Shown: positions 19,247 to 29,602, counted from the first letter of the stretch. The stretch: 64,000 nucleotides of DNA from a virus (IMGVR_UViG_3300028833_000069); one strand, 5' to 3'. The notes: generated from the sequence alone by a model not told the origin. Program-made: numbers and translations.

Positions 19247-20039
19247 TGAGGCAGACCAGGACTGTAAAGGCATACCACCATAGTGGCTGTGCCTTTACTC
19301 TCCTTCCTCAACTTCCTTTTGGTGTAAAATCAAGTATTATTCCAATTCTTGGACAGACATCTGAGATATTGGGAGTACAGCCATACATAATCCCAACCTT
19401 ATTAGACAACAGGTATTACTACTTGTTGATAAGAGATAACATTGTTAAGCAGGCAATGCTTTGCACTGAAGAAGAGGAAGGGGGGATTATAGGGGGGAAA
19501 GTATAACAGGAAAGGGATTAAATATAAATATATTATAATACTCTTTCTTTGTTAGATAGAGGTGTGGAGGAAGATTTATTTCTTTCTCAGGGCACTTTCT
19601 GGTTTAATCTGAGCAGTTAACCAGACCTGTTAACAAGTACTGTTAAACAGGCTATAAATAAGCTTTAAAGGTATTCTGAGAAACTACTTGAAATGTACAC
19701 TGTTAGTGATGAACTAATAAGGAGATGTAATGGCAGAATACTAGCCTAGGAGTCATTGGTTTGGCTACTAGGTACAATTAGGTTAAGTGATGTGATTGTT
19801 CATGGCGCGGTTTATTAGGAGTGTACTGCTTGTGAAAGTAGTACCTCCACCTTCTTTTTGGGTTACAGACATTGGTAATGGATTGAGCTAGTTGGCACTT
19901 CATTTTAAGATTTTGATGCTCATTTGATAATGAGACTTCTAAATTAGTTTTTAATAATCTGGCTTTTTTAGAGGTATAAAAAGTATTAATTTTGCAGTGT
20001 TTTAGGTACAAATATATACATTAACAGGCTGACATAAAA

Positions 20040-20108
20040 GTGAAATAGCATTTTTTATACCTATTTTGTCATTTTCAGGCAAGTGAAATGTCATTTTTTA
20101 TACCTATA
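20040..20108. repeat. two 25-bp direct repeats GTGAAAT(A/G)(G/T)CATTTTTTATACCTAT
   Basis: Copies at 20040-20064 and 20084-20108. A TTCTATACT tandem and the palindrome GCAGGATTTCATCCTGC (20138-20154) follow. The repeats lie upstream of the first plus-strand gene. Confidence 0.5.
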
Positions 20109-20243
20109 AATTCTATACTAATTCTATACTCAATGCAGCAGGATTTCATCCTGCCTCTAACTAATTAATTATCAATGAGTTATAACCAAAATCAATTTGT
20201 AGTAGTTCAGCATGATATTTAGCTGACTCCAGAACAGCTTTTA

Positions 20244-20909
20244 GTGTATGTTATTATTAAGAAAGGAATGGATGGTGCAAGTCACATTTCTTATGTTAAT
20301 ATAGGTACAATAATGGCAGTTTCAAACCTTAATAAGTCTACAATTCTTAAATATCTTGAAGTTATTGAAGAAAAAGGATATTTTAAGATTGTAAAATGTG
20401 GTGCTAATTTGCACTATAACTCTTATGTCTTTCCACAAGAACATAGAGATGAGAAATTTGAAAGATTTGCTTTTGAGATGATTGAGAGACCAGACTTAAC
20501 TCCAACAGAAAAAGCATATCTAATAGCTTTACAAAAGCATTTGTTCATAGATTTTGAATCTGGAGTAGGTAGAGTATCATACTCAGATTTGGAATTATGC
20601 CAAAAAATACAAGGTAGTAGAAAAAAACTTATGGAAGTTATGAAATCTCTAAAAGAAAAAGGTATTATTGATCAAGAAACAGAAATCTTTAAAAGAGATA
20701 AAGAAACTGGACTTAGAGTAAGACAAAGAGATTTTATACTTAATAACTATAATACTGCTGCTATAAAAAGAATTGAAAAGAAACTTGATGAGAAAGTAGA
20801 TAGAAAAGAAGTAGAAGATATAGTAAATAAAGCTGTATCTAAAGCTATTAGAAAACTTCTGTTGTCTAGTGCTGATATTCAGGATATTATTGCTGATGGT
20901 GAAGCTTGA
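20244..20909 (+). CDS. putative DNA-binding (HTH/winged-helix-like) regulator or replication-initiator-like protein
   Basis: 221 aa, basic, first gene of the plus-strand module downstream of the direct repeats. The assignment is weak. Confidence 0.3.
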   Translation: MYVIIKKGMDGASHISYVNIGTIMAVSNLNKSTILKYLEVIEEKGYFKIVKCGANLHYNSYVFPQEHRDEKFERFAFEMIERPDLTPTEKAYLIALQKHLFIDFESGVGRVSYSDLELCQKIQGSRKKLMEVMKSLKEKGIIDQETEIFKRDKETGLRVRQRDFILNNYNTAAIKRIEKKLDEKVDRKEVEDIVNKAVSKAIRKLLLSSADIQDIIADGEA

Positions 20910-21203
20910 CTTTACTTAAAGTTGTATGTGTGGTAAAGTGTGTAACTATCTGATTACTAATGTTTTACACCTTTAATCTTCACTTATTTTCAACACTTGG
21001 GTGAGGTCGGCGCGGGGCTTTTCTAATTCAGAAAAATTCCTTTATTTCAGATTTAGGAGAGTTTTGGGTGGGTTTAGACAATTTCTAAGTTTTTGAAATT
21101 TTCAAATCATCTTCTTTTTTCCTCTTTACATCCAATTTCTCCTTTTTTCTTATTTTGAAATTTTCAAACTCAGATTTAAAGCTCTGAGTGATACAAAATA
21201 TAT

Positions 21204-21596
21204 ATGGCAATTGTTGCAAAAGTCCTTCTGACCATTAACTTGGAGGGAGGCCTCACTGGAGCAGTGAGCAATGCTGGTTCTAAGAAAGAGAAGCAGAGAA
21301 TGAAGAAAAGTACTTTCTGGAATGGGAAAGGACCTTTACCAAAAGGTTATTACCACTCTCAGGAGAAGTACAATGAGAGACCTCAGACAGACTGTATTCA
21401 GAAATTGAGTATCAGTGAGGACAACTACCGTGCTTATGTTGCACCTATTCCAAAAGAGAAAGGTGAGACAAAGCAGGAAGCAGCCAAGAGAGTTTGGTGG
21501 AACAAGTTAGAGCCCAAACAGAGGCTTGAGTTTCATCTTGGAGAGATTTGTCAGTCTCTTGGTGGTAAGAGTTATACTTATGAAGTGATTGACTGA
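21204..21596 (+). CDS. hypothetical protein
   Basis: Track ORF. Confidence 0.4.
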   Translation: MAIVAKVLLTINLEGGLTGAVSNAGSKKEKQRMKKSTFWNGKGPLPKGYYHSQEKYNERPQTDCIQKLSISEDNYRAYVAPIPKEKGETKQEAAKRVWWNKLEPKQRLEFHLGEICQSLGGKSYTYEVID

Positions 21597-21820
21597 TGAA
21601 ATCTGGTGAAACACTGCTTTGTAGACATGGCAGTATAAACCAGGTTATTCCCTTGCCTAAAAATCCTGTTGGGTATATGTCTACTATGCCTAAAGGTACA
21701 GTAATGGAGCATTGTACTCCTACTGGTAAGCAAGGAAGGAAAGCATTTCATAAGACTTACTGGACATCTAATGGAGATGGTACAGTAAGGATTGATAGGG
21801 AATATTCTAATTGTAAGTAG
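21596..21820 (+). CDS. hypothetical protein
   Basis: Track ORF, ATGA overlap with the upstream gene. Confidence 0.35.
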   Translation: MKSGETLLCRHGSINQVIPLPKNPVGYMSTMPKGTVMEHCTPTGKQGRKAFHKTYWTSNGDGTVRIDREYSNCK

Positions 21821-21822
21821 TT

Positions 21823-22068
21823 ATGTGTATCTTCCTGTTATCTATAGCTTTTATGCTTTTAGTTCTCTTAGTAACTATCCTATGGAGTACCATGTACAAC
21901 TGTTCATTTTCTTTGTTTAAAAGAAAATTTCAATTCAGATTGGTTGGTACTCAAGTTTTTATGCATGGAAATGCTAAGAGCTTATGGATTAGTTTTTGGG
22001 GTTTGTTAGCAATTATTCTTGCTCTTTTAACAACCAGTGTACTTGGTACTATGTACCTTGTACTTTAA
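21823..22068 (+). CDS. small membrane protein
   Basis: Two hydrophobic helices. Confidence 0.35.
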   Translation: MCIFLLSIAFMLLVLLVTILWSTMYNCSFSLFKRKFQFRLVGTQVFMHGNAKSLWISFWGLLAIILALLTTSVLGTMYLVL

Positions 22069-22135
22069 TCTAGGGATGCATCTATTGGTTTAGGTGCATC
22101 TCACACACTTCTTTTGAATTGTAGCCATTTTTAGT

Positions 22136-23059
22136 GTGCCTTGTCTGCTTGTGATAAGTGGACAAGGTTTTTTATTGACAATTATTATTTCTAGAAATAT
22201 GAGACAACAATTTTTTGGTACAACTGGTTTGACCAGTACTTCTGCTAACCATATTGCAAATATGGCAAAGGAGTTTATCCAGTCTCAGGAAATGTATCTT
22301 AACAACTTGTGTTTAGTTAATGAGACTACACAAGCTGGTGGTAATTCCTATCAGACTGGTATTGCTACTCCTAAAGAGCAGTTTAACAATGTAAACACTA
22401 TCTTGCAAAAGGTATCATTAACAACTCAACTTATCTCTTGGTTGAGAGAAGCTCTTAAGGAGAAATCTAATGCTCAACTTTGTATCATGACCTTTGATGA
22501 GTGGTGTGACAAACAAGGTATTGAGTTAAAGTCACCTAACAAGGAGTCTTATCTTACCAGGGAAGCAGTTATTGAGAGTTGGGATGTTAACAAATTTAAT
22601 TCTTATCTACAAGCACAGACATTTGCATCTGTTTTTGGTAAGTTTGTACATATTGATGGTACTTTCAATCATGCAAGAAAAGAACTTACTAATGTGTTTA
22701 CCAAGCCTGTATCTGTTGAGGATTCTGGTATGGACATTACTGTAAGGACAAAACAAGCAGCATATACTCTTGAAGAAGTAGATGCTAAGTTCTTTGAGTT
22801 GCAGAACTTGCAGAGAGAGTATCAAGCTAAGTTCAACAAGTATGAGCATGAAATTACCACAGCACTTGAAGAAAACAAGGCAGCTGTAGATACTGCTTAT
22901 GCAGGTGCTTATGCATCTTATAGAAAGGCATATGATGCAGCTTATGCTCAGTATAATGTTTGGAAAAATCAAGAGGTTAGTAATCTTGCTAATCTTAAGA
23001 TAGTTATTCCAGAGGCTCTTGTAAGTATTTACAATGAGATTTCTGGTCTTGGTAAGTAA
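22136..23059 (+). CDS. hypothetical protein
   Basis: 307 aa. The true start is probably the internal MRQQFF. Confidence 0.4.
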   Translation: MPCLLVISGQGFLLTIIISRNMRQQFFGTTGLTSTSANHIANMAKEFIQSQEMYLNNLCLVNETTQAGGNSYQTGIATPKEQFNNVNTILQKVSLTTQLISWLREALKEKSNAQLCIMTFDEWCDKQGIELKSPNKESYLTREAVIESWDVNKFNSYLQAQTFASVFGKFVHIDGTFNHARKELTNVFTKPVSVEDSGMDITVRTKQAAYTLEEVDAKFFELQNLQREYQAKFNKYEHEITTALEENKAAVDTAYAGAYASYRKAYDAAYAQYNVWKNQEVSNLANLKIVIPEALVSIYNEISGLGK

Positions 23060-23692
23060 CAGCCTAGATTGCTAGGGGAATTACTGTATATGTAAGGGAG
23101 TAAGTATTATTTACTAATTACTGCAAGTAATATTAAACAATAGTTTAGTTAACTATAGCCTGATGTTGTTCCCCAACTGGTACGGGCTAGTACAAGAGAT
23201 TTAGGGTTTTCCTAAATTTTTTACAAAGAGGTATCAAGTGATGTTTTTTGTTTTTGCTTTTGTAGATACCTCTTGTTCTTAATCTTGTTTTTGCTATTGT
23301 TTCTTTTTATACTGAAACCTTATGTAGCCACCCCAAGGAGAAGTAGTTGGTTCTGCTTCTCCTTTCTATGAAATTACAATATAACATTCTTTTTACACTT
23401 AAAGATGGTACTACAAGAAAAGTTTCAACTTGTGTAGAAATGAGTTCTCATGTAGTTCCTTTAAAAACAGTTTGTGATTTTGAAGCTATACCTATACAAG
23501 ATATAGTAAATATCACAACAGAAACAAAGTTAGATATTATAAATTGTTAAACATTATGAAATACAAAAAACATCTTAAAAACCTTGCTGATCGGCAAGCA
23601 TTTTATGCAAATCACTCCAACAGTGCTATGAATGCAGGAGTAGCTAAAAAAGGTCATCAATTTACCAAACCTGGTAGTAACAAGAGCTGATT

Positions 23693-24187
23693 ATGAAAAG
23701 GTATCTTGTTCTATTTCTATGGTTTGCTTGTTTTCTTACTGGTATTTTAGGTTTTGTTTATAAACCTTTTACTGCTGGTAAAATTGTAACACCTGTAACT
23801 CAAAAAGTAGATGGTTATTACACTACTTTTGAATTTGATTATAAGTGTTATAATTGTGGTGGTATTCATCATTATAGTGAAAGGTTCCATAAATATGAAC
23901 TTAATGACAAAGTACCTAGCAAATTCAAAGAAAACAAGTATTATGGACAAACTATTTGGTCTTCACTTTTATTTGTAACTCTTATTGTTTCTGGTTTTAT
24001 TCTTTTTCCAATGACAATTTGTTCTTCTAAATGTTTTGATGAGGAATATGAAGAAGGAGCAACTGTGGAGTTAATGAATGAATACTATAAATGTAGGAGT
24101 GATTGTGAAATCAGACATGTTTGTAAACTTGCTAATGCAAAAAGTAATAAACTTAATAAATTTCTAGGAAATGAAACATTTTCTTAA
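23693..24187 (+). CDS. Cys-rich membrane protein
   Basis: N-terminal TM, CYNCGGIHHY motif, second TM. Confidence 0.4.
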   Translation: MKRYLVLFLWFACFLTGILGFVYKPFTAGKIVTPVTQKVDGYYTTFEFDYKCYNCGGIHHYSERFHKYELNDKVPSKFKENKYYGQTIWSSLLFVTLIVSGFILFPMTICSSKCFDEEYEEGATVELMNEYYKCRSDCEIRHVCKLANAKSNKLNKFLGNETFS

Positions 24188-24698
24188 CATAATTTTGATT
24201 GTTGCAAGTTTTGTATGTGCTGTTGTATTTATTGCTTCTGATCCTATTTGTGTAGGTGACGTTATTGGTATTCCTAAGGTAGAACATGATGTTACTTACA
24301 TGGGATATAGTGGTAAATATACAACACTTACATACACTTACAAAAACAAAGAAGGAATTGTTTTTAATAAATGTGAGAGATTTATTGATGAGGAAGCTTT
24401 TGAAAGTTCAATTCATGCCCAAAGAATTTTATCACAAGGAAAAGTATATGGAGAAACTTGGTATAGTGTTCTTGCTAAAGTAATTATTTGTGTTATTTGG
24501 ATAGCTTGGGTAATTATAACAATTTGTACTTGGTCTTGTTATGGAGAAGATTTTAAATATAATGATCCTCCAGATAAGTATAATTGTTTTAAATATTGTG
24601 CTGTTCATAACATATGTCTTTTACTGAACAATGGCAATTATCCACAAACAAGTGAATTCTTTGGTTATGAGAAAGTTTCAGATACTATACAAAGCTGA
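24171..24698 (+). CDS. membrane protein
   Basis: Two TM segments. Confidence 0.4.
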   Translation: MKHFLNIILIVASFVCAVVFIASDPICVGDVIGIPKVEHDVTYMGYSGKYTTLTYTYKNKEGIVFNKCERFIDEEAFESSIHAQRILSQGKVYGETWYSVLAKVIICVIWIAWVIITICTWSCYGEDFKYNDPPDKYNCFKYCAVHNICLLLNNGNYPQTSEFFGYEKVSDTIQS

Positions 24699-24821
24699 TA
24701 ATGATAGACTTAAAACAGATGTTGTAATCCTTAAAGAAGGTGAGAAAGCCAATAAGGAAACATTTGATAAACATTTAGGTCTGTTATATGGTTATACTCT
24801 CTGCTGGTCCCAAATTGAGTA

Positions 24822-26027
24822 AGGTTATGTGATTTCCTTAATCACTTCAAAGCTCAGTTTGGCAGTAGGGGTATAAAGAGGTGACACAAAGCCAATTCCT
24901 CTTACAGTTGGGAGCTCTAAGAACTCCACAAAGTGCAGTTTCGAGCGGAGTGCACATAAACAGGTGAATCTCTATTCCTGTTATCCAGTCTTATTTTTAC
25001 TGGCCTAGGTGGATTGGACTCCCACCTAGGTTTCAATGTAATGTGAATTGCAATAAACATTACAGGAGAGGTTGCAAACTCTCATTGGTATGTAGTATAA
25101 GGGAGTACTCTGCTGGGCCACTTTATTAGGTGACTCGGCGGGAGCATAGGTTAGAACCCTATCATACTAACAATTAACAAATCCTGGTATGTCCCAGGTT
25201 ACATAGAGATGTTTACTAGTCAAACAAGGAATGAGCAATGCATGGCTATCCTTGTTATGAGGATGTTGGACTGGTAAAGCATTTCAACCTTACTATGTAT
25301 TAGTAACTAGGAGAGAATATTTGTAAGGGTTATTCTTGAAAACTGTTTGGGAACTGAAATTAGACAAGAGAGTCATACCAAACAAGAAAGTGAGTTTTAC
25401 TGCTTTTCTAGAGGGCAAGTTTAGATCTTTCTACTTTTTATTATATAATAGGTTGTCATGTGCAAGGTTACTTCAATAAATTAGCTCAGCGATAGAGCAA
25501 AAGTTTTTGGGTACTTTTGGTTGGGGGTTTGAATCCCTCATTTATTAAAATTAACCCTTGTACTCTTACTCCTATTATTTGGTTATGCTCCCTTGATTGG
25601 GAGTGTAACCTCTTTGTTCCACAAACAAGGAAGTGTAATAAGGCTATACCTACTTTCAAGACATATAGCTGCTTGTCACAGAGGGTGTGTGGAACTTTAC
25701 AATGAAACCGAGGAAGTGCTCTATTTAGCCTCTAGAGCCGAGGGTTGGGAAGGTCTGGGGATACTTGCTAAAAAGGTATGCTCCTTAAATTTGTAGGTTT
25801 CAGTAAAAACTCAGGACTTAATGGCAATTAACAGTCCTAAATTGTGTGGAATTGAATGCAAAGGACACACATCTATGCAGTTTGAGAGTATCTGCATTAT
25901 TACAGTTGAAAGACAACAACTATAAAAATCTATAAGGATATTGCAGAGTGACTACTAGATTAGTCAAGACTGTTATGAAGGCCAAGGTGGTGAAAATCCT
26001 CAATAATAGAGTCTTATATCCTTATTT
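24822..26027. ncRNA. candidate large structured noncoding RNA region (GC-richer, hairpin-dense, no credible ORF)
   Basis: About 1.2 kb with only two overlapping 60-aa track ORFs. It contains strong hairpins (CCTAGGTGG-ATTGGACTC-CCACCTAGG; GAGAG-GTTGCAAA-CTCTC) and an embedded degenerate tRNA-like sequence at 25474-25553. It abuts tRNA-Met. Confidence 0.3.
25451..25474 (+). repeat. conserved box GGTTGTCA-N8-GTTACTTC (copy 1), followed by a degenerate tRNA-like sequence
   Basis: GGTTGTCATGTGCAAGGTTACTTC, then AATAAAT-TA-GCTC-AGCGATA-GAGC...GGGGG-TTTGAAT-CCCTC-ATTTATT. No valid anticodon arm. Confidence 0.5.
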
Positions 26028-26103
26028 TCTCCATTAGCTCAGTTGGTCTAGTAGCAATACACTCATAATGTAGAGGTCCCTGGTTCAAGTCCAGGATGGA
26101 GAA
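26028..26103 (+). tRNA. tRNA-Met(CAU)
   Basis: Acceptor TCTCCAT/ATGGAGA, anticodon loop CTCATAA, T-arm CCTGG-TTCAAGT-CCAGG. Confidence 0.6.
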
Positions 26104-26182
26104 CTATCAACATAACAGAAACAAAGCTGAGATACTAATAGGGAAAAGTGATAAGGCTAACAGAAACATTGTTGATTTTACA

Positions 26183-26278
26183 GTGGCAGAGTGGAACGCA
26201 TAAGCTTGACTAAACCTCAAGCAAAAACCATCAGAGGCTCATAACCTCTGGATAGCAGGTTGGACTCCTGTTGCCGCA
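26183..26278 (+). ncRNA. tRNA-like element with CAU anticodon loop and a hairpin insertion replacing the D-arm
   Basis: Acceptor GTGGCAG/TTGCCGC pairs. Anticodon arm AGAGG-CTCATAA-CCTCT. T-arm CAGG-TTGGACT-CCTG. About 43 nt including the hairpin GCTTGA-CTAAACC-TCAAGC lie between acceptor and anticodon stem. Confidence 0.35.
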
Positions 26279-26311
26279 ACTAAAAACAAAACTAAAAATC
26301 TTAAACAACTT

Positions 26312-26569
26312 ATGAAAAAGAAGTATGATTTACATCAGCAATTCTTTGTAGTATTTGCTATAAATGAAAGGTCTGAAACATTTGAAACCTTTAAACTTGG
26401 AACTATTCAGAATCAAACATTAGGTTTGCATGATACAATTGAAAGTGCACCAAATAATGAACTTTCTGATGGAGAAGTAGCTCAAGCATTATCATCTTCA
26501 CTTGAAAGATGCTTTGGAGATAACTATCGGTATAAACTAATTTCATTGGTTAACTGGTATGCAATATAA
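26312..26569 (+). CDS. hypothetical protein
   Basis: Track ORF. Confidence 0.4.
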   Translation: MKKKYDLHQQFFVVFAINERSETFETFKLGTIQNQTLGLHDTIESAPNNELSDGEVAQALSSSLERCFGDNYRYKLISLVNWYAI

Positions 26570-26586
26570 TTTAAAATTGAACAATC

Positions 26587-27399
26587 ATGGAAATTAATGA
26601 ACAACTTTTGGAGGATATTCTTTCTGGTAAATTGAAAGGTACATTTGTACTTAAAAATGGGTTTAAGGTTAGTAGTGATAGACTTTGCAAAAAAGAAAAG
26701 GATGTCGCTTATAAGTACTGGTTAAAAGGATTTTCTCCTTTATATGCAATAGATGGTACTCCTAACTCTATATTTGCTAGAAATTATGCTATTGTAGATT
26801 TTATACCTAAATATCATACAATAGATTTTGAGATGCTAGAATATTGCAGAAAAGATTTTGAATTTATGCAAACATTATCAAAAGCAATAAATAATATGAA
26901 TACACTTGAAATTGAGATCCCTGAAGGGAAAGAAGTGGACTGGGACGAGTCAAAGAAACAGAATAGAATTATTCTGAAAGATAAGCAATTGACTTACAAA
27001 GATATTTGTAAAAAGTTATTTGGGAACAAAGAATTTTTCTTTACAAATAATACTGGAGTAATTGAAAGTAGTTCTCCTGTTCATAATGAATATTTAGTTA
27101 ATGCAATAAATAATTCAACTTCCTATCACCAACTTGAGTGTATTCTTGCAAAGAATATGCTTGCTAATGTTGCAAAGTATTTGAATGGTGAGTGGAAACC
27201 ATCATATACTAGTGAAGGTCATTATGATGCATGGGTTTTATTTATAACTCCTAATAAGGATTATATTGGATATGTGAAAATAGGCAATTGTGGATTCAAT
27301 AGTAATGTTTTGTTCAAGTCCAAAGAAATTGCATGGCAAGCAGTAGAAATCCTTGGAAAAGAAACTATTAAACTTGCATTAGAGCCATTAGGAATATGA
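26587..27399 (+). CDS. hypothetical protein (paralog of 27561..28094)
   Basis: Shared segment EIPEGKEVDWDESKKQNRIILKDK versus TIPENHEIDWQESAKQEKIVFKKKD. Confidence 0.45.
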   Translation: MEINEQLLEDILSGKLKGTFVLKNGFKVSSDRLCKKEKDVAYKYWLKGFSPLYAIDGTPNSIFARNYAIVDFIPKYHTIDFEMLEYCRKDFEFMQTLSKAINNMNTLEIEIPEGKEVDWDESKKQNRIILKDKQLTYKDICKKLFGNKEFFFTNNTGVIESSSPVHNEYLVNAINNSTSYHQLECILAKNMLANVAKYLNGEWKPSYTSEGHYDAWVLFITPNKDYIGYVKIGNCGFNSNVLFKSKEIAWQAVEILGKETIKLALEPLGI

Positions 27400-27560
27400 T
27401 TGATCCAGTACTTATATATTTTATACTTGGTATAGTTTTCTTTGCTGCTTATTTAACAGTTAGTAGTAATCCAGAGTCTGTATTTTTATTTGTACTTTCT
27501 GTACTATTCTTTATAGTTGGTCTTTTAAAATTTAGTAAATATTAAATTCTATGATATATT

Positions 27561-28094
27561 ATGGAAGTAGAAGAACTAAAAATAACAATTCCTGAAAATC
27601 ATGAAATTGATTGGCAAGAAAGTGCTAAACAAGAGAAAATAGTGTTTAAGAAAAAGGATACTAAACCAAGAAGTTGGGAGGAGTATTGTGCAAATCACAG
27701 AGGTGATTATTATTTCATAACTACTGACAGTCAAGTAATAGGACTAGGATTTATTCCAGCAGTAAAAAATCCATTAGATGTTAATCTAGGTAAAAACACT
27801 CTTCCAACCAAAGAACTTGCAGAAGCATTCCTTACTATGATGCAGTTAATGTCTTTGAGACAAGACTGGATTCATAAATGGTCAATAGATAATGGAATGA
27901 CTGTTGATTGGAAACCTGATTGGAAAGACCATAAGCAATTAAAAGCAAACATTATTTATAATGGTACAGGCTTTGATGTTATATATTTTATGGACTTAAA
28001 ATCTAGGCCATTATCTTTTCCAACAAAAGAAGTAGCTGTAGATTTCATGAATACATTTGAAGACCTGTTAGAAATTGCAAAACCACTTTTATGA
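27561..28094 (+). CDS. hypothetical protein (paralog of 26587..27399)
   Basis: See the paralog entry. Confidence 0.45.
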   Translation: MEVEELKITIPENHEIDWQESAKQEKIVFKKKDTKPRSWEEYCANHRGDYYFITTDSQVIGLGFIPAVKNPLDVNLGKNTLPTKELAEAFLTMMQLMSLRQDWIHKWSIDNGMTVDWKPDWKDHKQLKANIIYNGTGFDVIYFMDLKSRPLSFPTKEVAVDFMNTFEDLLEIAKPLL

Positions 28095-28287
28095 GTCTGA
28101 TGGATGATTATGAATTCTCTATTATGCATCGAGAAGATGATGATAAATGGAGAGATATGGCAGAAGAATCTTGTATAAAACACTTTCAAGAATGAGAACA
28201 ATAATTGGAATAATTGCTGTAATTGTGCTTACAATTGGCATAATTGTTAATTTGTGTTGGGAACCAAATAATAATAAAAAATAAATT

Positions 28288-28860
28288 ATGAAAAAGATCT
28301 TTTATCTTCTTGTTGCACTCTTTTGTGTAACACTTTCTTATGCAGCTCCTGCTAGTAAAGCAAAAGAAGTTGCAGAAGCTACAAGTACTGTAGCAAATGC
28401 TGTTAGTACTGTACATGATGATGTAACTGGTACTGTTAGTACTGTTTACAATGATGCTAAAGCTTTAGGTACTACTCTCTATGCAGATGGTAAAGAAGCT
28501 CTTACTGAACTTTATCCTGAAGTGAAAGCAGCAGTTATTGAGATTGCGAAGGGTATTGGTGTAGCAGCAGAACACCTCTATGTAGTACTTGTGAAGAAGT
28601 ATGTTGTAGAAGGTGTAGTACAGTTGATACCATTTCTAGTAGGTATATTCTTGATCATTATTGGCTGGATTAAATTGGAAAAGTATGTGAAAGCCAATAC
28701 AAAAATGATGTGGCCTATTTTGTATCCTATTTGTATTGTTGTTGCAGGTATCATTGCAGTATGTAATGTTGATTACAACACAATGTTTATGGGATTGATC
28801 AATCCTGAATATGGTGCTGTTAATTACATTCTGGAGTATGCCAAGGAAATGATAAAATGA
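28288..28860 (+). CDS. secreted/membrane protein
   Basis: Signal peptide MKKIFYLLVALFCVTLSYA plus two C-terminal TM helices. Confidence 0.45.
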   Translation: MKKIFYLLVALFCVTLSYAAPASKAKEVAEATSTVANAVSTVHDDVTGTVSTVYNDAKALGTTLYADGKEALTELYPEVKAAVIEIAKGIGVAAEHLYVVLVKKYVVEGVVQLIPFLVGIFLIIIGWIKLEKYVKANTKMMWPILYPICIVVAGIIAVCNVDYNTMFMGLINPEYGAVNYILEYAKEMIK

Positions 28861-29321
28861 AAAAGGCTATTCCTTTTATAGTTGTAGTATTTCTGCTTAT
28901 TGTCAATATAGTCTTGTGTTTTCCTAAATATCATTACTTTAAACAAGGTGATATTGTAAAAAATACAGTTCATAGTAAGTGCATGTCTACTCAAGGGTAT
29001 AATGCATATTCCTTTAAATATATTGACAGTAAGGGAAATACTAAAACTGTTGAAGCAGAATTTCCTCGTAAAGATAGATTTAATACAGTACAATTTAAAA
29101 AAGGTTACTACTATAAAACCAATGCTTGGTTTACTACATTACAAGTGTTACTATGGATTGTTTTTATAATATCTTTTATTGCACTAATCTGTGATACAAA
29201 CTGTTATATAAACAAGATTGAACATGGATATAGTAGATGTGTAGAACCTGGAAAACATAGTTGTATGTTTTGTGTTGATAATCCTTTATATGAGGATAAA
29301 CCTTGTTCCTTCTGGGGATAA
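28857..29321 (+). CDS. Cys-rich membrane protein
   Basis: N- and C-terminal TM helices with C-x-C and CxxC clusters. Confidence 0.4.
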   Translation: MKKAIPFIVVVFLLIVNIVLCFPKYHYFKQGDIVKNTVHSKCMSTQGYNAYSFKYIDSKGNTKTVEAEFPRKDRFNTVQFKKGYYYKTNAWFTTLQVLLWIVFIISFIALICDTNCYINKIEHGYSRCVEPGKHSCMFCVDNPLYEDKPCSFWG

Positions 29322-29326
29322 GGTAT

Positions 29327-29398
29327 GGCCCATTCTTCTAACGGTTAGGAAGACAGGTTTTCATCCTGGTAATAGGAGTTCGACTCTCCTATGGGCTT
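29327..29398 (+). tRNA. tRNA-Glu(UUC)
   Basis: Acceptor GGCCCAT/ATGGGCT, anticodon stem CAGG/CCTG, loop TTTTCAT, T-arm AGGAG-TTCGACT-CTCCT. Confidence 0.6.
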
Positions 29399-29439
29399 CA
29401 TTTAAATAACTGAAGTTAAATATTAAAAATTGTCTTATT

Positions 29440-29602
29440 ATGAATTTTACAACTTATGACATTAAGGTTGAAAACCGTCGTGGTAGAAGAGCTGGGTTGA
29501 ACATGCCCAGACTGTTTAACTGTAGAAAAATGACTAAAGCTAGGATAGCTAATGGTCATTATGGTTATCTCTGTCATACTGGAGGTATACAACCTAATTA
29601 AA
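29440..29602 (+). CDS. small basic protein (54 aa)
   Basis: MNFTTYDIKVENRRGRRAGLNMPRLF.... Below the track size cutoff. Confidence 0.25.

Noticed and set aside
19246-20011. ORFs 19246..19506 (+) and 19778..20011 (-)
   Set aside because: They sit in the repeat-containing regulatory spacer. No conservation signals, and the composition is odd.
25517-25796. Two overlapping 60-aa plus-strand ORFs
   Set aside because: Inside the GC-rich hairpin-dense block. They overlap each other in different frames.
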